From: a virus
DNA length: 38,163 nucleotides
Strand: one strand, 5' to 3'
IMG/VR virus record: IMGVR_UViG_3300038410_000117
Location: 1-38,163 of that record
The notes below the pieces were generated by a model, which was not told the DNA's origin, did no database searches, and saw nothing but the letters and a program-made list of their open reading frames with translations. Positions 25,301 through 32,605 of the stretch are shown here, one piece after another (positions within the stretch are counted from its first letter, which is position 1; every line of letters begins with the position of its first letter). The position numbers and the translations under genes were made by a program.

Positions 25301-25894
25301 TCGAACGCGTACGGCTTCGGAGATGTAACACACTTCATTCCTGAACGAGCCCAGGTCGCCGGAGCGAAACCCCTGGGTGCTGGTCAGGAGTTCGCGGTCT
25401 GGCTTACAGAGCAACTCCGTCCCGAGATCACGACGGTCGCGCAACTCGTGTTCTCGAAGACGCTTCTCTATGACAGCGAACTTGACGGAACGGCCGTACC
25501 GCTCCCGGCCTGGGCAGCCTTCATTCCGAAGTCCGCGCGCAACGTACTCGGCATCGAAATCAACAAGGACTCAGGGCGTGCCTACGGACCAAACTGGCTG
25601 CCGATCATGTTCGGCGTCGTGGGCGCGGCGCCGGGGAATCTCACGGAAGCAGCGCGCGGGCTCTTCCTCGGTGACAGGGTCTCCATGAATCGCGCCATCG
25701 GGTGGGCCTCCGGGATTCGAGTCGAGCCAGCGGCCGAGCCGCAACGCATGATGGGCATGGAAGCGCTTCGCGAACGAACCGTCGCGCGTCAGGAGAAGAG
25801 CGTATATCGTAAATCTGCCATCATCGAGGCAGAGGCCGAGTACCGGCGGCGACTTCAGGAGGAGGCGCTAGGTGGCAGAAGAAGCAAGCCGTAA
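22346..25894 (+). CDS. Giant internal virion/ejection-type protein (1182 aa, GTG start)
   Basis: Largest ORF, located before the lysis genes. N-terminus carries three D-x-N-x-F-L-x-G repeats. No enzymatic motif recognised. Confidence 0.6.
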   Translation: MADPNDFLLGRQSRPSVPALAPDANAFLSGEASPPPSRQDANSFLSGQSAAPAPPSFLEAAGRGLMGTLGEIGSRYEASKANLISAIIRSGVSPVGFVPEVPAPQMVQAGKELAGAIPAGLDKEVTAVPGPAGGPIRPETATADLLRSYGLNPLVPETWQVAADAIAKATGLRIPIGSLARFIAGPEGASLALDLPVGELASGIGAAKIPGATRTIGEEAKILGSMIGEPIRATKIGKAIEAVSQGGGVPAKIEGVAAPNARETLRGMLMDAYGEKAVRDAALQEAIRPIEQTIKDTAKARGISEVAQAKRLRDAVEELPRLKGAATEGFTQAERDAVAAMTKISRATPRERLAAGLRPFELGGHVPPLAKNVEAAVAKFEAEKAGLQTLKEIGPRGAKLKSQIAKAKGEGVAAREELARLARVASTKATAKAELGGVDLLQELGSGRAATRLQTNRANRALAEAEQALSEAKIPKGEPHAPIVAERAKAARDAIQFADEKIKGLSALAKRDRSVARQIERVRVAKGEAVQAIKAFEAKSGIRVPRRGEAEVAAGLRPPENAPKIELKAAARVARNYRRRMIAHTPRESTEALRALSTNKYVRERPYGGGGIPRGLTTKIGKRRVSLPVTATKEIERRLAPHLGKEEAFAPVTEGYLKSGYRTNRAIAHIDLANNVARTFGRATEEAPKDWVELGSLSGLKAGAMKETIARLNTIKVHPRIFDTLEAVSKNLEPQNYGKIQAFANSVVRIVKPLYTVVNPGFVVRNQIWNVMVTASRGNRDLTAWTRAADVLSKTAPDETLAGFKVTKATFLKQAIEDSIVTEAGVTSGEFGTRVGRRIGETQAHWLRTYPEWMSRANSVGENTARLSHYIWSLERGMTRAQARLEVARTLFNYSRDAFTVLENQARQYILFYSWYRRIYPLTLRTALERPGEIAKFATAVNNINAMQGVAPIEAAYLAPSYFDAVGIVLPPSDTQPEGTRRVILSNAYGFGDVTHFIPERAQVAGAKPLGAGQEFAVWLTEQLRPEITTVAQLVFSKTLLYDSELDGTAVPLPAWAAFIPKSARNVLGIEINKDSGRAYGPNWLPIMFGVVGAAPGNLTEAARGLFLGDRVSMNRAIGWASGIRVEPAAEPQRMMGMEALRERTVARQEKSVYRKSAIIEAEAEYRRRLQEEALGGRRSKP
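22965..23004. repeat. Source copy (40 nt) of insertion segment 2552-2591
   Basis: cgaagattccgggtgcgacgagaacgatcggggaagaagc is in frame (KIPGATRTIGEEA) in the giant gene. Confidence 0.9.
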
Positions 25895-26183
25895 TGGTCG
25901 CTGGTGGCGCACGCCTTCGTTCTCAGTCGAGGACATCATCAAGTGGGCGATGCTCATGGGGCCGCTCGCCTTGTTCTGGGCGACTCTGTGGATCGACGTG
26001 CGTGACATCAAGCAGTCGATGAAGGGCGTCGCAACGAAGCGATGGGTCGGCGCCCTGGTTCGCGGGAGCAACTCCATCCATTCAGACCTTGATCGTAGGT
26101 TAGACAAGCTGGAGCGCAATCCTCACACGCCACTTCCTCCGCTTCGAGTCCCGGACAAGGATGATGAACTTGAAAGCGAGTGA
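25872..26183 (+). CDS. Holin-like membrane protein (103 aa, GTG start)
   Basis: One hydrophobic helix (IIKWAMLMGPLALFWATLWI). GGAGGAGG upstream. Lies directly before the endolysin. Confidence 0.45.
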   Translation: MAEEASRNGRWWRTPSFSVEDIIKWAMLMGPLALFWATLWIDVRDIKQSMKGVATKRWVGALVRGSNSIHSDLDRRLDKLERNPHTPLPPLRVPDKDDELESE

Positions 26184-26670
26184 CCGATTCGACTCACTGA
26201 TTCAGTTCTGGGCCGAAGAACACGGGTTGCCGTTCGATCGGGTGAAACTACAAGTCGGCGCCGAATCGTCATTCGATCCGCGCAAGGTCTCGCCCGTCGG
26301 TGCCATCGGTCTCCTTCAACTGATGCCAGGCACGGCGGCCGAGATGGGCGTCGATCCCTATAGCATCGACGAGAACCTCCAGGGAGGGACTGCCTATCTG
26401 GCCAAGAAGATCGGCGAAGTGACGAGAACGCTCGGCTCCTACGGGGCCACCGAAGAGGCGATCTACAGGATGGCGCTCGCGGCCTACAACGCAGGGTTCG
26501 GCTACGTCAAGCTGGCGATCGTTAGGCTTCGGAAGCTGAACGCAGGGACGGAATGGCCCGCCTTCATCGACGCGCTATCTAAGGTCGGCCTGACGAACGG
26601 CAAGCGGGCGGACATCAAGCAGGTGAGCGGCTACGTTCTGAAAATCCTGCCGCCGCCACTCGACGTATAG
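26161..26670 (+). CDS. Lytic transglycosylase (SLT domain) endolysin
   Basis: GAESSFDPRKVSPVGAIGLLQLMPGTA ... AYNAGFGY are canonical SLT motifs. Confidence 0.85.
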   Translation: MMNLKASDRFDSLIQFWAEEHGLPFDRVKLQVGAESSFDPRKVSPVGAIGLLQLMPGTAAEMGVDPYSIDENLQGGTAYLAKKIGEVTRTLGSYGATEEAIYRMALAAYNAGFGYVKLAIVRLRKLNAGTEWPAFIDALSKVGLTNGKRADIKQVSGYVLKILPPPLDV

Positions 26671-26679
26671 GAGGAATCG

Positions 26680-27009
26680 ATGAATCAGATCATCACGTTC
26701 GGGGGGATGTTTCTGACTTGGGCACTGACGGAACTCATGAAGAAGAATCCGAAGTTCGCAGCGCACGCTCCGGCGATCGTTACGATCCTGAGCGCCGTCG
26801 TCTCGGCGTTTCAGGCGGCCGTCGGAGCCGTTACTGCGCACGCGGCAGGCATCGATTCGACAATGGTCGGCCATGCCACGCCCGTCGGCACGACGATGCT
26901 GAATTACTTCATGGGAAACGCCAGTGGCGCCGTCCTCTTGGACAATTTGTTCACGAAGTGGATCGGCGACTACCTCATGAAGCACGTGTTCGGCAAGCTC
27001 TTCAAGTAG
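26680..27009 (+). CDS. Membrane protein (109 aa), holin/spanin candidate
   Basis: Hydrophobic segments. GGAGGAATCG upstream of the ATG. Last gene of the operon. Confidence 0.5.
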   Translation: MNQIITFGGMFLTWALTELMKKNPKFAAHAPAIVTILSAVVSAFQAAVGAVTAHAAGIDSTMVGHATPVGTTMLNYFMGNASGAVLLDNLFTKWIGDYLMKHVFGKLFK

Positions 27010-27015
27010 AACGAA

Positions 27016-27049
27016 GAGGGCGAGGCCGCCGGACTGGCGCCTCGCCCTC
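27016..27049. terminator. Strong bidirectional terminator hairpin at the convergence of the two transcription directions
   Basis: GAGGGCGAGGC (27016-27026) pairs with GCCTCGCCCTC (27039-27049), with extra GCC/GGC pairs inside the loop, followed by acgttt. Confidence 0.6.
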
Positions 27050-27054
27050 ACGTT

Positions 27055-27131
27055 TGGGGCCGGGAACGGGAGTCGAACCCGTTATCGTCAGCTTATGAGA
27101 CTGACATGGTCTTCCGTTCCACTTTCCCGGC
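27055..27131 (-). tRNA. tRNA-Met (anticodon CAU; elongator or Ile2-type cannot be told apart by eye), CCA encoded
   Basis: GCCGGGA-AA-GTGG...CCAT-G-TCAGT-CTCATAA-GCTGA-CGATA-ACGGG-TTCGACT-CCCGT-TCCCGGC-C-CCA. Confidence 0.8.
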
Positions 27132-27615
27132 GCTCCACCACTCCGGCCGCAAACGCCTCGGCCCGAGACTCGTACGCCTCTTCCGAAAGGTGAATCACGA
27201 GCCCGAGGAATGTACGGGCCTGCTCCGCCTTGAGTGAACGAACCATCCTCTCATTCTGTGATTGGCGGAAACTAGCGGCGGTTGAAGGCGCGAGTGGATG
27301 ACTCCTGAACGCGTCTGAACGAAGAATTCCCCAAATGTTCTGACCGAGCCAGATTCGATCGGCTCCGTTGCCATGATCGTTCAACGTGATCGCCGCGTCG
27401 ATCACCTCTTCGGGAATTCCGGGAGGTCGGTCAGTGATGTAGCCACCTCGGAGAATCGAGATAGCCTGCATGATGCAGGGCGTCCCGTCGTCCGTGCTCA
27501 TCGCGCCTGGACTCGGAACGAAACCAGGGGCGCGTACTATGTCGCGAAGTCGATCGGTCGCCGAGAACATCGGGGCGAAGTGGCTCACCATGATATACTG
27601 AGGAGACTGGGCCAT
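27088..27615 (-). CDS. Hypothetical protein (175 aa); the 3' end overlaps tRNA-Met by 44 nt on the same strand
   Basis: GGAGGGA lies 6 nt upstream of the ATG (MAQSPQYIMVSHF...). Confidence 0.5.
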   Translation of the reverse strand: MAQSPQYIMVSHFAPMFSATDRLRDIVRAPGFVPSPGAMSTDDGTPCIMQAISILRGGYITDRPPGIPEEVIDAAITLNDHGNGADRIWLGQNIWGILRSDAFRSHPLAPSTAASFRQSQNERMVRSLKAEQARTFLGLVIHLSEEAYESRAEAFAAGVVERRESGTEDHVSLIS

Positions 27616-27793
27616 TAGCGTTCCCTCCATTTGCGACATCCTCCTGGACGGGACCGCGAACGTCCCTGATCGCGGCTGGCGGATGCACGAGGGCGCAGAG
27701 GGCATGATCTGCGCCGGGCGAGTTTGAACTGAGCAGTCGCCCTATTCGGTCCGCTCGGGGGCGGATATTGCCTCGACGCCTCCAAAGAGTCAA

Positions 27794-28201
27794 TCAACGA
27801 ATGACGGAGCCGTCGGCGTCCGCGTCGTCGGACGTCGGATCACCGATCGAGCGGGACCGCTCCGACGTGTCCGGATCGCCCGATCGGTCTGGACTGTCGG
27901 GATCGCCGATCCGCGCGGCCGTGAGATCACTGTAGCAGTCCTGTCCGTGGCCTTCGGGCATCGGACCGATGAATCCGCAGGGATAATCGAGGATCATGAT
28001 GATGCGGATTCCGTTTGGGGACTCTCGATCGTTCACTACCCAAGCCGGAACCGTGACGCCATCCTGCACGACCGTGGTCAGGTAAGCGCCATTCGGCACT
28101 CCAGAGGGCGGAAGTCCGGTCAGCTTCGACTCAGGCTTCGTGTTGCAGCCGACCGAGAGCAGAGCGAGGAGCACGAGAGCGAATCTTAGTGCGGTTCTCA
28201 T
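27794..28201 (-). CDS. Lipoprotein (135 aa) with an acidic GDPD-repeat C-terminus
   Basis: MRTALRFALVLLALLSVGC has a signal peptide plus lipobox. GGAGG lies 8 nt upstream. Confidence 0.7.
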   Translation of the reverse strand: MRTALRFALVLLALLSVGCNTKPESKLTGLPPSGVPNGAYLTTVVQDGVTVPAWVVNDRESPNGIRIIMILDYPCGFIGPMPEGHGQDCYSDLTAARIGDPDSPDRSGDPDTSERSRSIGDPTSDDADADGSVIR

Positions 28202-28278
28202 AGGGAAATCCTCCGTGCGTTCGGGTTCTGCTCCGGCCTGTACGGGCACGAGGCCCGTACAGCCGAAGCACGTTCCGT

Positions 28279-28593
28279 TTACCGCTTCGTCGCGGTGACG
28301 GTAACGTCGTAGCCCAGGTGCGTCAACAGCTTGGCCGCGGCCTTCAGACCGACGCCCGCACCGACCTTGCCGTCCTTCAGCTTCCGGAGCGACATCGGAT
28401 CGATGCCAGCGATCTTGCCGATCGTCTGGAGCGGTTCGTTCGTGTCGGCCAGAGCCTTCTGACAGACCGCGCCGACTTGATTCATGATCCCGTCGACTGA
28501 TCCGTCGAGGTACGCCTGGTACTCCTCCAGCATCGCCCGAATCTGGCCGACGCTCATGTTCAGAACTCCCGTGGGAAGACTCATGTGTTCCAT
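28279..28593 (-). CDS. HTH DNA-binding protein (104 aa)
   Basis: LQTIGKIAGIDPMSLRKLKDGK is an HTH-like segment. Confidence 0.5.
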   Translation of the reverse strand: MEHMSLPTGVLNMSVGQIRAMLEEYQAYLDGSVDGIMNQVGAVCQKALADTNEPLQTIGKIAGIDPMSLRKLKDGKVGAGVGLKAAAKLLTHLGYDVTVTATKR

Positions 28594-28615
28594 CCTTTCG
28601 GTTGTGGCGTTCGCC

Positions 28616-29020
28616 TCAGCGAATCACCTTCAATGTGCGCTCCGGATAGAGCGCTTCGAACAGCTTCCGCTTGAGACCCCATGTCTCGGTCTCGAAGCCC
28701 TTCACTTCGTGCCACTCAACATGCCCGTCCTCGAATTCGACTCTGAAATCGCAGTAGTAGTTCGCGATCAGAACGCCATTCACTCGGAGGGCCACCTTCA
28801 CCTGGGGCTGCCATGCGGTAACCCGTTCGGCCGTACGGACCGCTTGTCGGAGCATGTCCAGGCGCGCTGCGTACTCAGCCTCCTTTCTGCTGTGGAATCG
28901 CCTTCCCCTGTAGACTTGAGGTGAGGCGTTGTACTTATTCCGATTCGACCGTGACGCGATAGACCTTTTCGTTCGCCCGATGCTCCGGGCAGGGCGCTTC
29001 CGTGCGCAGGAAAACGACAT
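28616..29020 (-). CDS. DUF1064-like (PD-(D/E)xK-type) nuclease
   Basis: NKYNA...GRRFHSRKEAEY...YYCDFRVEF.DGHVEWHEVKG...W..K matches my recollection of the DUF1064 pattern. Confidence 0.55.
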   Translation of the reverse strand: MSFSCARKRPARSIGRTKRSIASRSNRNKYNASPQVYRGRRFHSRKEAEYAARLDMLRQAVRTAERVTAWQPQVKVALRVNGVLIANYYCDFRVEFEDGHVEWHEVKGFETETWGLKRKLFEALYPERTLKVIR

Positions 29021-29120
29021 AGCCTAGCTGCTCCTCGATCGGGCCGATGTTTGGCGAGCCACTCCATAGCTCGCCCGCTTGAATCTCTCCGAAGACGCAG
29101 GACTCGATTAGGACTCGCAC
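28935..29120 (-). CDS. Hypothetical protein (61 aa), overlaps the next gene by 86 nt
   Basis: Track ORF. Its start overlaps the exonuclease stop. The long overlap lowers confidence. Confidence 0.35.
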   Translation of the reverse strand: MRVLIESCVFGEIQAGELWSGSPNIGPIEEQLGYVVFLRTEAPCPEHRANEKVYRVTVESE

Positions 29121-29716
29121 GTCTCCTCCTTCCCGCCTTCGCGAATCCAGCGTCGAATGTTGAAGAAGAGAAGCCCTTGTTCCAACGCATCGTCAGTCGC
29201 TACGTGCGTATGCTTCGGAAGGTCCTTGAACCAGACGTGAGGCATCGTCTTCTTGACCGTGCTCCGATAGCCAGCAGGCATCTTCGTCACGATCTCCAAA
29301 GCAGCCATCGCGTACGTCTTGATGTCTAGGCACGAGAACCCGAGTGGCGATCGGCCTCCGAATCGAAGCAGGTAGAAGTAGACGAAGCTGAAATCGAATC
29401 CAGCCGGATACGCGATCGCCACGACGGATTCGGACGGGCTTCGCCGAAGCGATTCGATCCAGCCACGAAACTGCGCGATCGCCTGCCACGGCTCGACGGG
29501 ATTCGCCGTCGCTTTGGCCCAGGCCTCGGGATTCCGATTCCAAAATTGCATGGTCGATGGATCGGTCAGACCGTTCGGGATCGGCTCGAAGTTGATCAAG
29601 AAACTACCTCGTTCCTTCCCATCTTCGTCGAATCCGACCGCTCCAAGCGAACGCATGGAATGGACCCCAGGACACGGGCCATCCGTCTCGATATCGATGC
29701 TCACGTAGATCGCCAT
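29108..29716 (-). CDS. DEDDh 3'-5' exonuclease (DnaQ/RNase T-like)
   Basis: Exo I motif VSIDIETDG. Exo III-type HVATDDALEQG. Confidence 0.8.
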   Translation of the reverse strand: MAIYVSIDIETDGPCPGVHSMRSLGAVGFDEDGKERGSFLINFEPIPNGLTDPSTMQFWNRNPEAWAKATANPVEPWQAIAQFRGWIESLRRSPSESVVAIAYPAGFDFSFVYFYLLRFGGRSPLGFSCLDIKTYAMAALEIVTKMPAGYRSTVKKTMPHVWFKDLPKHTHVATDDALEQGLLFFNIRRWIREGGKEETCES

Positions 29717-30015
29717 TATCGTGTCGGCCAGACCGCTTCGGTCGCCGCCTCCGGATCGGTCTGCTCATCCCACCAGCACGTGAACTCATCCATTGCGTGG
29801 TAGTCTCGTTCCCCCATGCCACAGTCTTCCGGCTCAGTCGGAGTGAAATTGCTGGCGAATGGCAAGAGTCCGAGCGGGCACTTCCCATAGAACCTGAGAT
29901 CATCGAGCGCTCCACCGCCATCGGGAACTGGTAGCCGTCTAGGCCGGGGAACCCAGAAGCGAATGAAGTCAATCACTGGTTTCGCTGCTCTCGGCACCTC
30001 GCGTGTCAGACTCAT
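29716..30015 (-). CDS. Hypothetical protein (99 aa)
   Basis: ATGA overlap with the upstream stop favours the ATG at 30015 over the track start at 30030. Confidence 0.5.
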   Translation of the reverse strand: MSLTREVPRAAKPVIDFIRFWVPRPRRLPVPDGGGALDDLRFYGKCPLGLLPFASNFTPTEPEDCGMGERDYHAMDEFTCWWDEQTDPEAATEAVWPTR

Positions 30016-30998
30016 TTGCCGTTCTCCCATTTCCAGGTGTGTTTGACCTTGGTTTTCTGGCTTCCTTGAATTCGTGCGATCTCGGCTTTCGCGTGGGCAT
30101 CGCCCTCGAACGCCAGAGCATCCAGTTCACAGTTGATGAAGTGTCTGCCCTGCTTCGGTGACCACTTCCGGACGAGCAGAGCACCGCATGCTTCGCACGA
30201 TCCATCGACGTACTCTGTCGCTCGGTTCTGAGGCGTCGCGGGAGGCCCTTCGTAGCCCGCGTCAGGCAATTCTCCGTTCGCCTCGATCATGTCTTCGATG
30301 TCCTGAGTGAAGACCTCGGAGAGTCCCGCAAGTCGAAGTGTGGCGTCGATGTGAGCGGACTTGGCCGCCATCTTGAGGCCCTTGTTGATGTCGCCACGAT
30401 CTGTTTCGAGAACGCGCCGGGCTCCGATCCCTTCGGCAACGACATGGCCGCCCGTCCTCAATTCACAGCGGAGCACGACGAATTCGATCGCCTCACCTCG
30501 AAGCGCTTTGTCTTCGTAGAGACTGAGTGTCGGGAAGTGAGTCGTCACACCGAGCATGCCGCAAATCTTCTCGGCTCCTGGTTTCCAAAGGCTCGGTTTG
30601 GAGAGTCCACGACTCGTCGGAATGGAACCGAAGTCGATTCCCTCATGAAGAGCGTCATGGACCCATGAGATGAGCGCTTTCCGATTCGCACCACGACGAT
30701 CGAGCCCTTCTTTGAAGAGATGAGCAGGGAGATCGAGTGGCGAGAACGTTGGATCGCTCGGCTGAATCGATGGCGGCAGCGTCTTCTCTGGAAGCGTCTC
30801 CGTTACCTCGGGAATGGGAGATGCCGAGACGATGCGAACCTCCTCACTTTCGACGGGTCGCTGGTTGGAGTTTGCGCGACAGTCCTCGCAAAGGTTCGGT
30901 TCGTCATGCGATAGCGGGCGCCCCGCGCGTCGGGTCGTTTCCTCCCGCGTCTGCAAATCCTTGCCGCATTCGCTACAGAGCCACCATGCTTTCTTCAT
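30012..30998 (-). CDS. Zn-ribbon-flanked DNA-binding protein, possible single-strand annealing protein (328 aa)
   Basis: GGAGGT lies 6 nt upstream of the ATG at 30998; the longer track ORF runs into tRNA-Cys. N-terminal CSECG...CEDC, C-terminal CEACG...INCE (TopA-like finger). Core KPSLWKPGAEKICGMLGV...MAAKSAHIDATLRLAGL resembles phage SSAPs. Confidence 0.45.
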   Translation of the reverse strand: MKKAWWLCSECGKDLQTREETTRRAGRPLSHDEPNLCEDCRANSNQRPVESEEVRIVSASPIPEVTETLPEKTLPPSIQPSDPTFSPLDLPAHLFKEGLDRRGANRKALISWVHDALHEGIDFGSIPTSRGLSKPSLWKPGAEKICGMLGVTTHFPTLSLYEDKALRGEAIEFVVLRCELRTGGHVVAEGIGARRVLETDRGDINKGLKMAAKSAHIDATLRLAGLSEVFTQDIEDMIEANGELPDAGYEGPPATPQNRATEYVDGSCEACGALLVRKWSPKQGRHFINCELDALAFEGDAHAKAEIARIQGSQKTKVKHTWKWENGK

Positions 30999-31017
30999 GG
31001 CCATACCTCCATTTCTG

Positions 31018-31088
31018 AGACGCCGCCCGGATTCGAACCGGGGTAATCGGCTTTGCAGACCGACGCCTAGCCCCTCGGCCACAGCGTC
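31018..31088 (-). tRNA. tRNA-Cys (anticodon GCA), discriminator U73
   Basis: GACGCTG-...-TCGGT-CTGCAAA-GCCGA-TTACC-CCGGG/CCCGG T arm with TTCGAAT loop-CGGCGTC-T. Confidence 0.8.
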
Positions 31089-31100
31089 ATCGTATCGATT

Positions 31101-31183
31101 TGGGCAACCCTGGATTCGAACCAGGAACCGCTAATGGGACCGGTTTTACAGACCGGCTGCCGTACCAGTTCGGCGTGTTGCCC
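31101..31183 (-). tRNA. tRNA-Tyr (anticodon GUA), long variable arm
   Basis: GGGCAAC...CCGGT-CTGTAAA-ACCGG-long variable region-CCTGG-TTCGAAT-CCAGG-GTTGCCC-A. Confidence 0.8.
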
Positions 31184-31191
31184 GTTTCTCT

Positions 31192-31275
31192 TGGTGCGCC
31201 TAGAGGGATTTGAACCCCCACGCCCGAAGACACTAGTTCCTAAGACTAGCGCGTCTGCCGTTCCGCCATAGGCGC
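31192..31275 (-). tRNA. tRNA-Leu (anticodon UAG), long variable arm, CCA encoded
   Basis: GCGCCTA-TG-GCGGAACGGCAGACGC-G-CTAGT-CTTAGGA-ACTAG-...-GGGGG-TTCAAAT-CCCTC-TAGGCGC-A-CCA. Confidence 0.8.
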
Positions 31276-31277
31276 AT

Positions 31278-31362
31278 TGCCCGGAACAGGATTCGAACCT
31301 GCATGAAGCATCGGCTCCAACGGGGTTTGAGTCCGTCGCGTCTGCCGTTCCGCCATCCGGGC
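31278..31362 (-). tRNA. tRNA-Leu (anticodon CAA), long variable arm
   Basis: GCCCGGA-TG-GCGGAACGGCAGACGC-G-ACGGA-CTCAAAC-CCCGT-...-GCAGG-TTCGAAT-CCTGT-TCCGGGC-A. A31-C39 mismatch as in tRNA-Arg. Confidence 0.75.
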
Positions 31363-31364
31363 GT

Positions 31365-31466
31365 TCATCGATTCCGACTTCTCCGACCGAATGCGTAGCC
31401 GATCAGGAAGACGACGACTCCCGCGATCATGCCGAGCGGAAACGCTTCGATCGGCGTCGGATTCAT
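31365..31466 (-). CDS. Possible 33-aa membrane peptide (below the track length cutoff)
   Basis: ATGA overlap with the upstream stop. MNPTPIEAFPLGMIAGVVVFLIGYAFGRRSRNR. Contains the source of insertion segment 2589-2628. Confidence 0.4.
   Translation of the reverse strand: MNPTPIEAFPLGMIAGVVVFLIGYAFGRRSRNR
31396..31435. repeat. Source copy (40 nt) of insertion segment 2589-2628
   Basis: tagccgatcaggaagacgacgactcccgcgatcatgccga compared directly. Confidence 0.9.
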
Positions 31467-31672
31467 GAAGCCAATCGGTCGATCGCGTCAGCGAGCAACA
31501 TGCTCGCGACGCGATTGACCGTGAGTTTGAATCCGTACTGTCCGCCTTCGTTTTCAAGTCGTTCGGTGTACGCTTTCATCTTCTCCCATCGCTCGTCGTC
31601 TACGATCAGCCAGCGCGTGTTGCGCGAGGCAGTTCGCTTCGGCTTGCGCGAGGCAGTCAGCTTCGTCTTCAT
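31463..31672 (-). CDS. Small basic protein (69 aa), possible RHH/Arc-like regulator
   Basis: Basic N-terminus with a duplicated TASR motif, then RWLIVDDERWEKMKAYTERLE. GGGAGG upstream. Confidence 0.5.
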   Translation of the reverse strand: MKTKLTASRKPKRTASRNTRWLIVDDERWEKMKAYTERLENEGGQYGFKLTVNRVASMLLADAIDRLAS

Positions 31673-31722
31673 TTCGATCTTGGCCTCCCTGGCCGGGCTC
31701 CCTTTGCGCGAGGCAGTCAGCT
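31620..31722. repeat. Three direct 19-21-bp repeats TTGCGCGAGGCAGT(C/T)(A/C)GCT at 31620-31640, 31644-31664 and 31704-31722
   Basis: Read directly. R2 and R3 are identical over 19 nt; R1 differs from R2 at 2 positions. Confidence 0.85.
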
Positions 31723-31987
31723 ACCGGAGCGCGGCGGCGCGCATGATCATCCGCGCGGCGGCTCGGCAGACGTGGCATAGCTTCGGCTCATCTATCACGC
31801 CCGACCAGTTACGGCATTCGCAACCGCAATGCGCGCATAGGATTATCGGGCGTCGCTGTTCCATGTCATGCAGGAGCGTTAGCGCTTCCGCCTCCTGTGG
31901 CGAGAATTCGGCGCGCTCTAGTGGCGGTTCGGCCCGGTAGCGGAGTCGGAGCAAATGAAAATGGATGCGTTCGCGGTTCCCTTGCAT
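31721..31987 (-). CDS. Zinc-binding hypothetical protein (88 aa)
   Basis: Product contains CAHCGCEC...CHVC. It is the first gene after a near-consensus promoter. Confidence 0.55.
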   Translation of the reverse strand: MQGNRERIHFHLLRLRYRAEPPLERAEFSPQEAEALTLLHDMEQRRPIILCAHCGCECRNWSGVIDEPKLCHVCRAAARMIMRAAALR

Positions 31988-31996
31988 AACGCATCC

Positions 31997-32025
31997 ATTA
32001 TGCTAAATGCCTAGCGCTTTGTCAA
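31997..32025 (-). promoter_or_regulatory. Near-consensus sigma70-like promoter TTGACA-17-CATAAT
   Basis: -35 is rc of 32020-32025 and -10 is rc of 31997-32002. Predicted TSS near 31990, 3 nt before the ATG at 31987. Confidence 0.55.
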
Positions 32026-32034
32026 GCGTTTTGT

Positions 32035-32247
32035 CTAGCTTTTCTCCTCCCCGGTAGGTTCATGCAGCGCATCGGATAACGCCGTCGGAGGCGCCCCGAT
32101 CCGGGGCGCCTCCTCCCGCAGTTCCAGCGCGGCAGCGAGAATCCGATTCATAGCGGCAAGGTACTGCTCGATGACGTGCACGGCGTGAACTGGCGCCAAG
32201 CGTGGCGCCTTGAGCGGGTCGCCCCGGAGAATCCGATCCGTCGTCAT
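32035..32247 (-). CDS. Hypothetical protein (70 aa)
   Basis: ATGA overlap with the upstream gene. Confidence 0.5.
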   Translation of the reverse strand: MTTDRILRGDPLKAPRLAPVHAVHVIEQYLAAMNRILAAALELREEAPRIGAPPTALSDALHEPTGEEKS

Positions 32248-32438
32248 TTCTGAGCCTCCAGTCTAGCCAATTCGCGAGCTAGCGCGAATTGGAGTCGCTT
32301 GGCCGTCTCCCGATCCATGAAGTACGTCATTCGCGAAGCGTATTCGATAAAGGCAATGACAATCCAATTCGCTTCCGGATCGGCGGTTACCTTGAGGCTT
32401 GAGAACACACTATTCTGACTTCCCTTGATTGTCACCAT
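32244..32438 (-). CDS. Hypothetical protein (64 aa)
   Basis: GGAG lies 6 nt upstream of the internal ATG (MVTIKGSQNSVF...). Confidence 0.5.
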   Translation of the reverse strand: MVTIKGSQNSVFSSLKVTADPEANWIVIAFIEYASRMTYFMDRETAKRLQFALARELARLEAQK

Positions 32439-32440
32439 GT

Positions 32441-32605
32441 TTAGCTCCGTTTCGCTTCGCGCCTGAGCGCTTGGATGTACCGAATCACGAGCGCGCATTT
32501 GCGCTCTAGCTTCGGGCCGAGACGCTTGTAGCGTGTCGCGACTAGTTCCCTGTCGAGCGAGCGGATCGCGCGGAGCAATCCGCTCGCGGTTTCAGTTCTG
32601 ATCAT
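32441..32605 (-). CDS. Hypothetical basic protein (54 aa)
   Basis: ATGA overlap with the amidotransferase-like gene's stop (MIRTETASGLL...). Confidence 0.45.
   Translation of the reverse strand: MIRTETASGLLRAIRSLDRELVATRYKRLGPKLERKCALVIRYIQALRREAKRS

Noticed and set aside
31246-31557. 103-aa minus-strand ORF.
   Set aside because: It reads straight through tRNA-Leu(UAG) and tRNA-Leu(CAA). The real coding units here are the tRNAs and the 33-aa and 69-aa genes.
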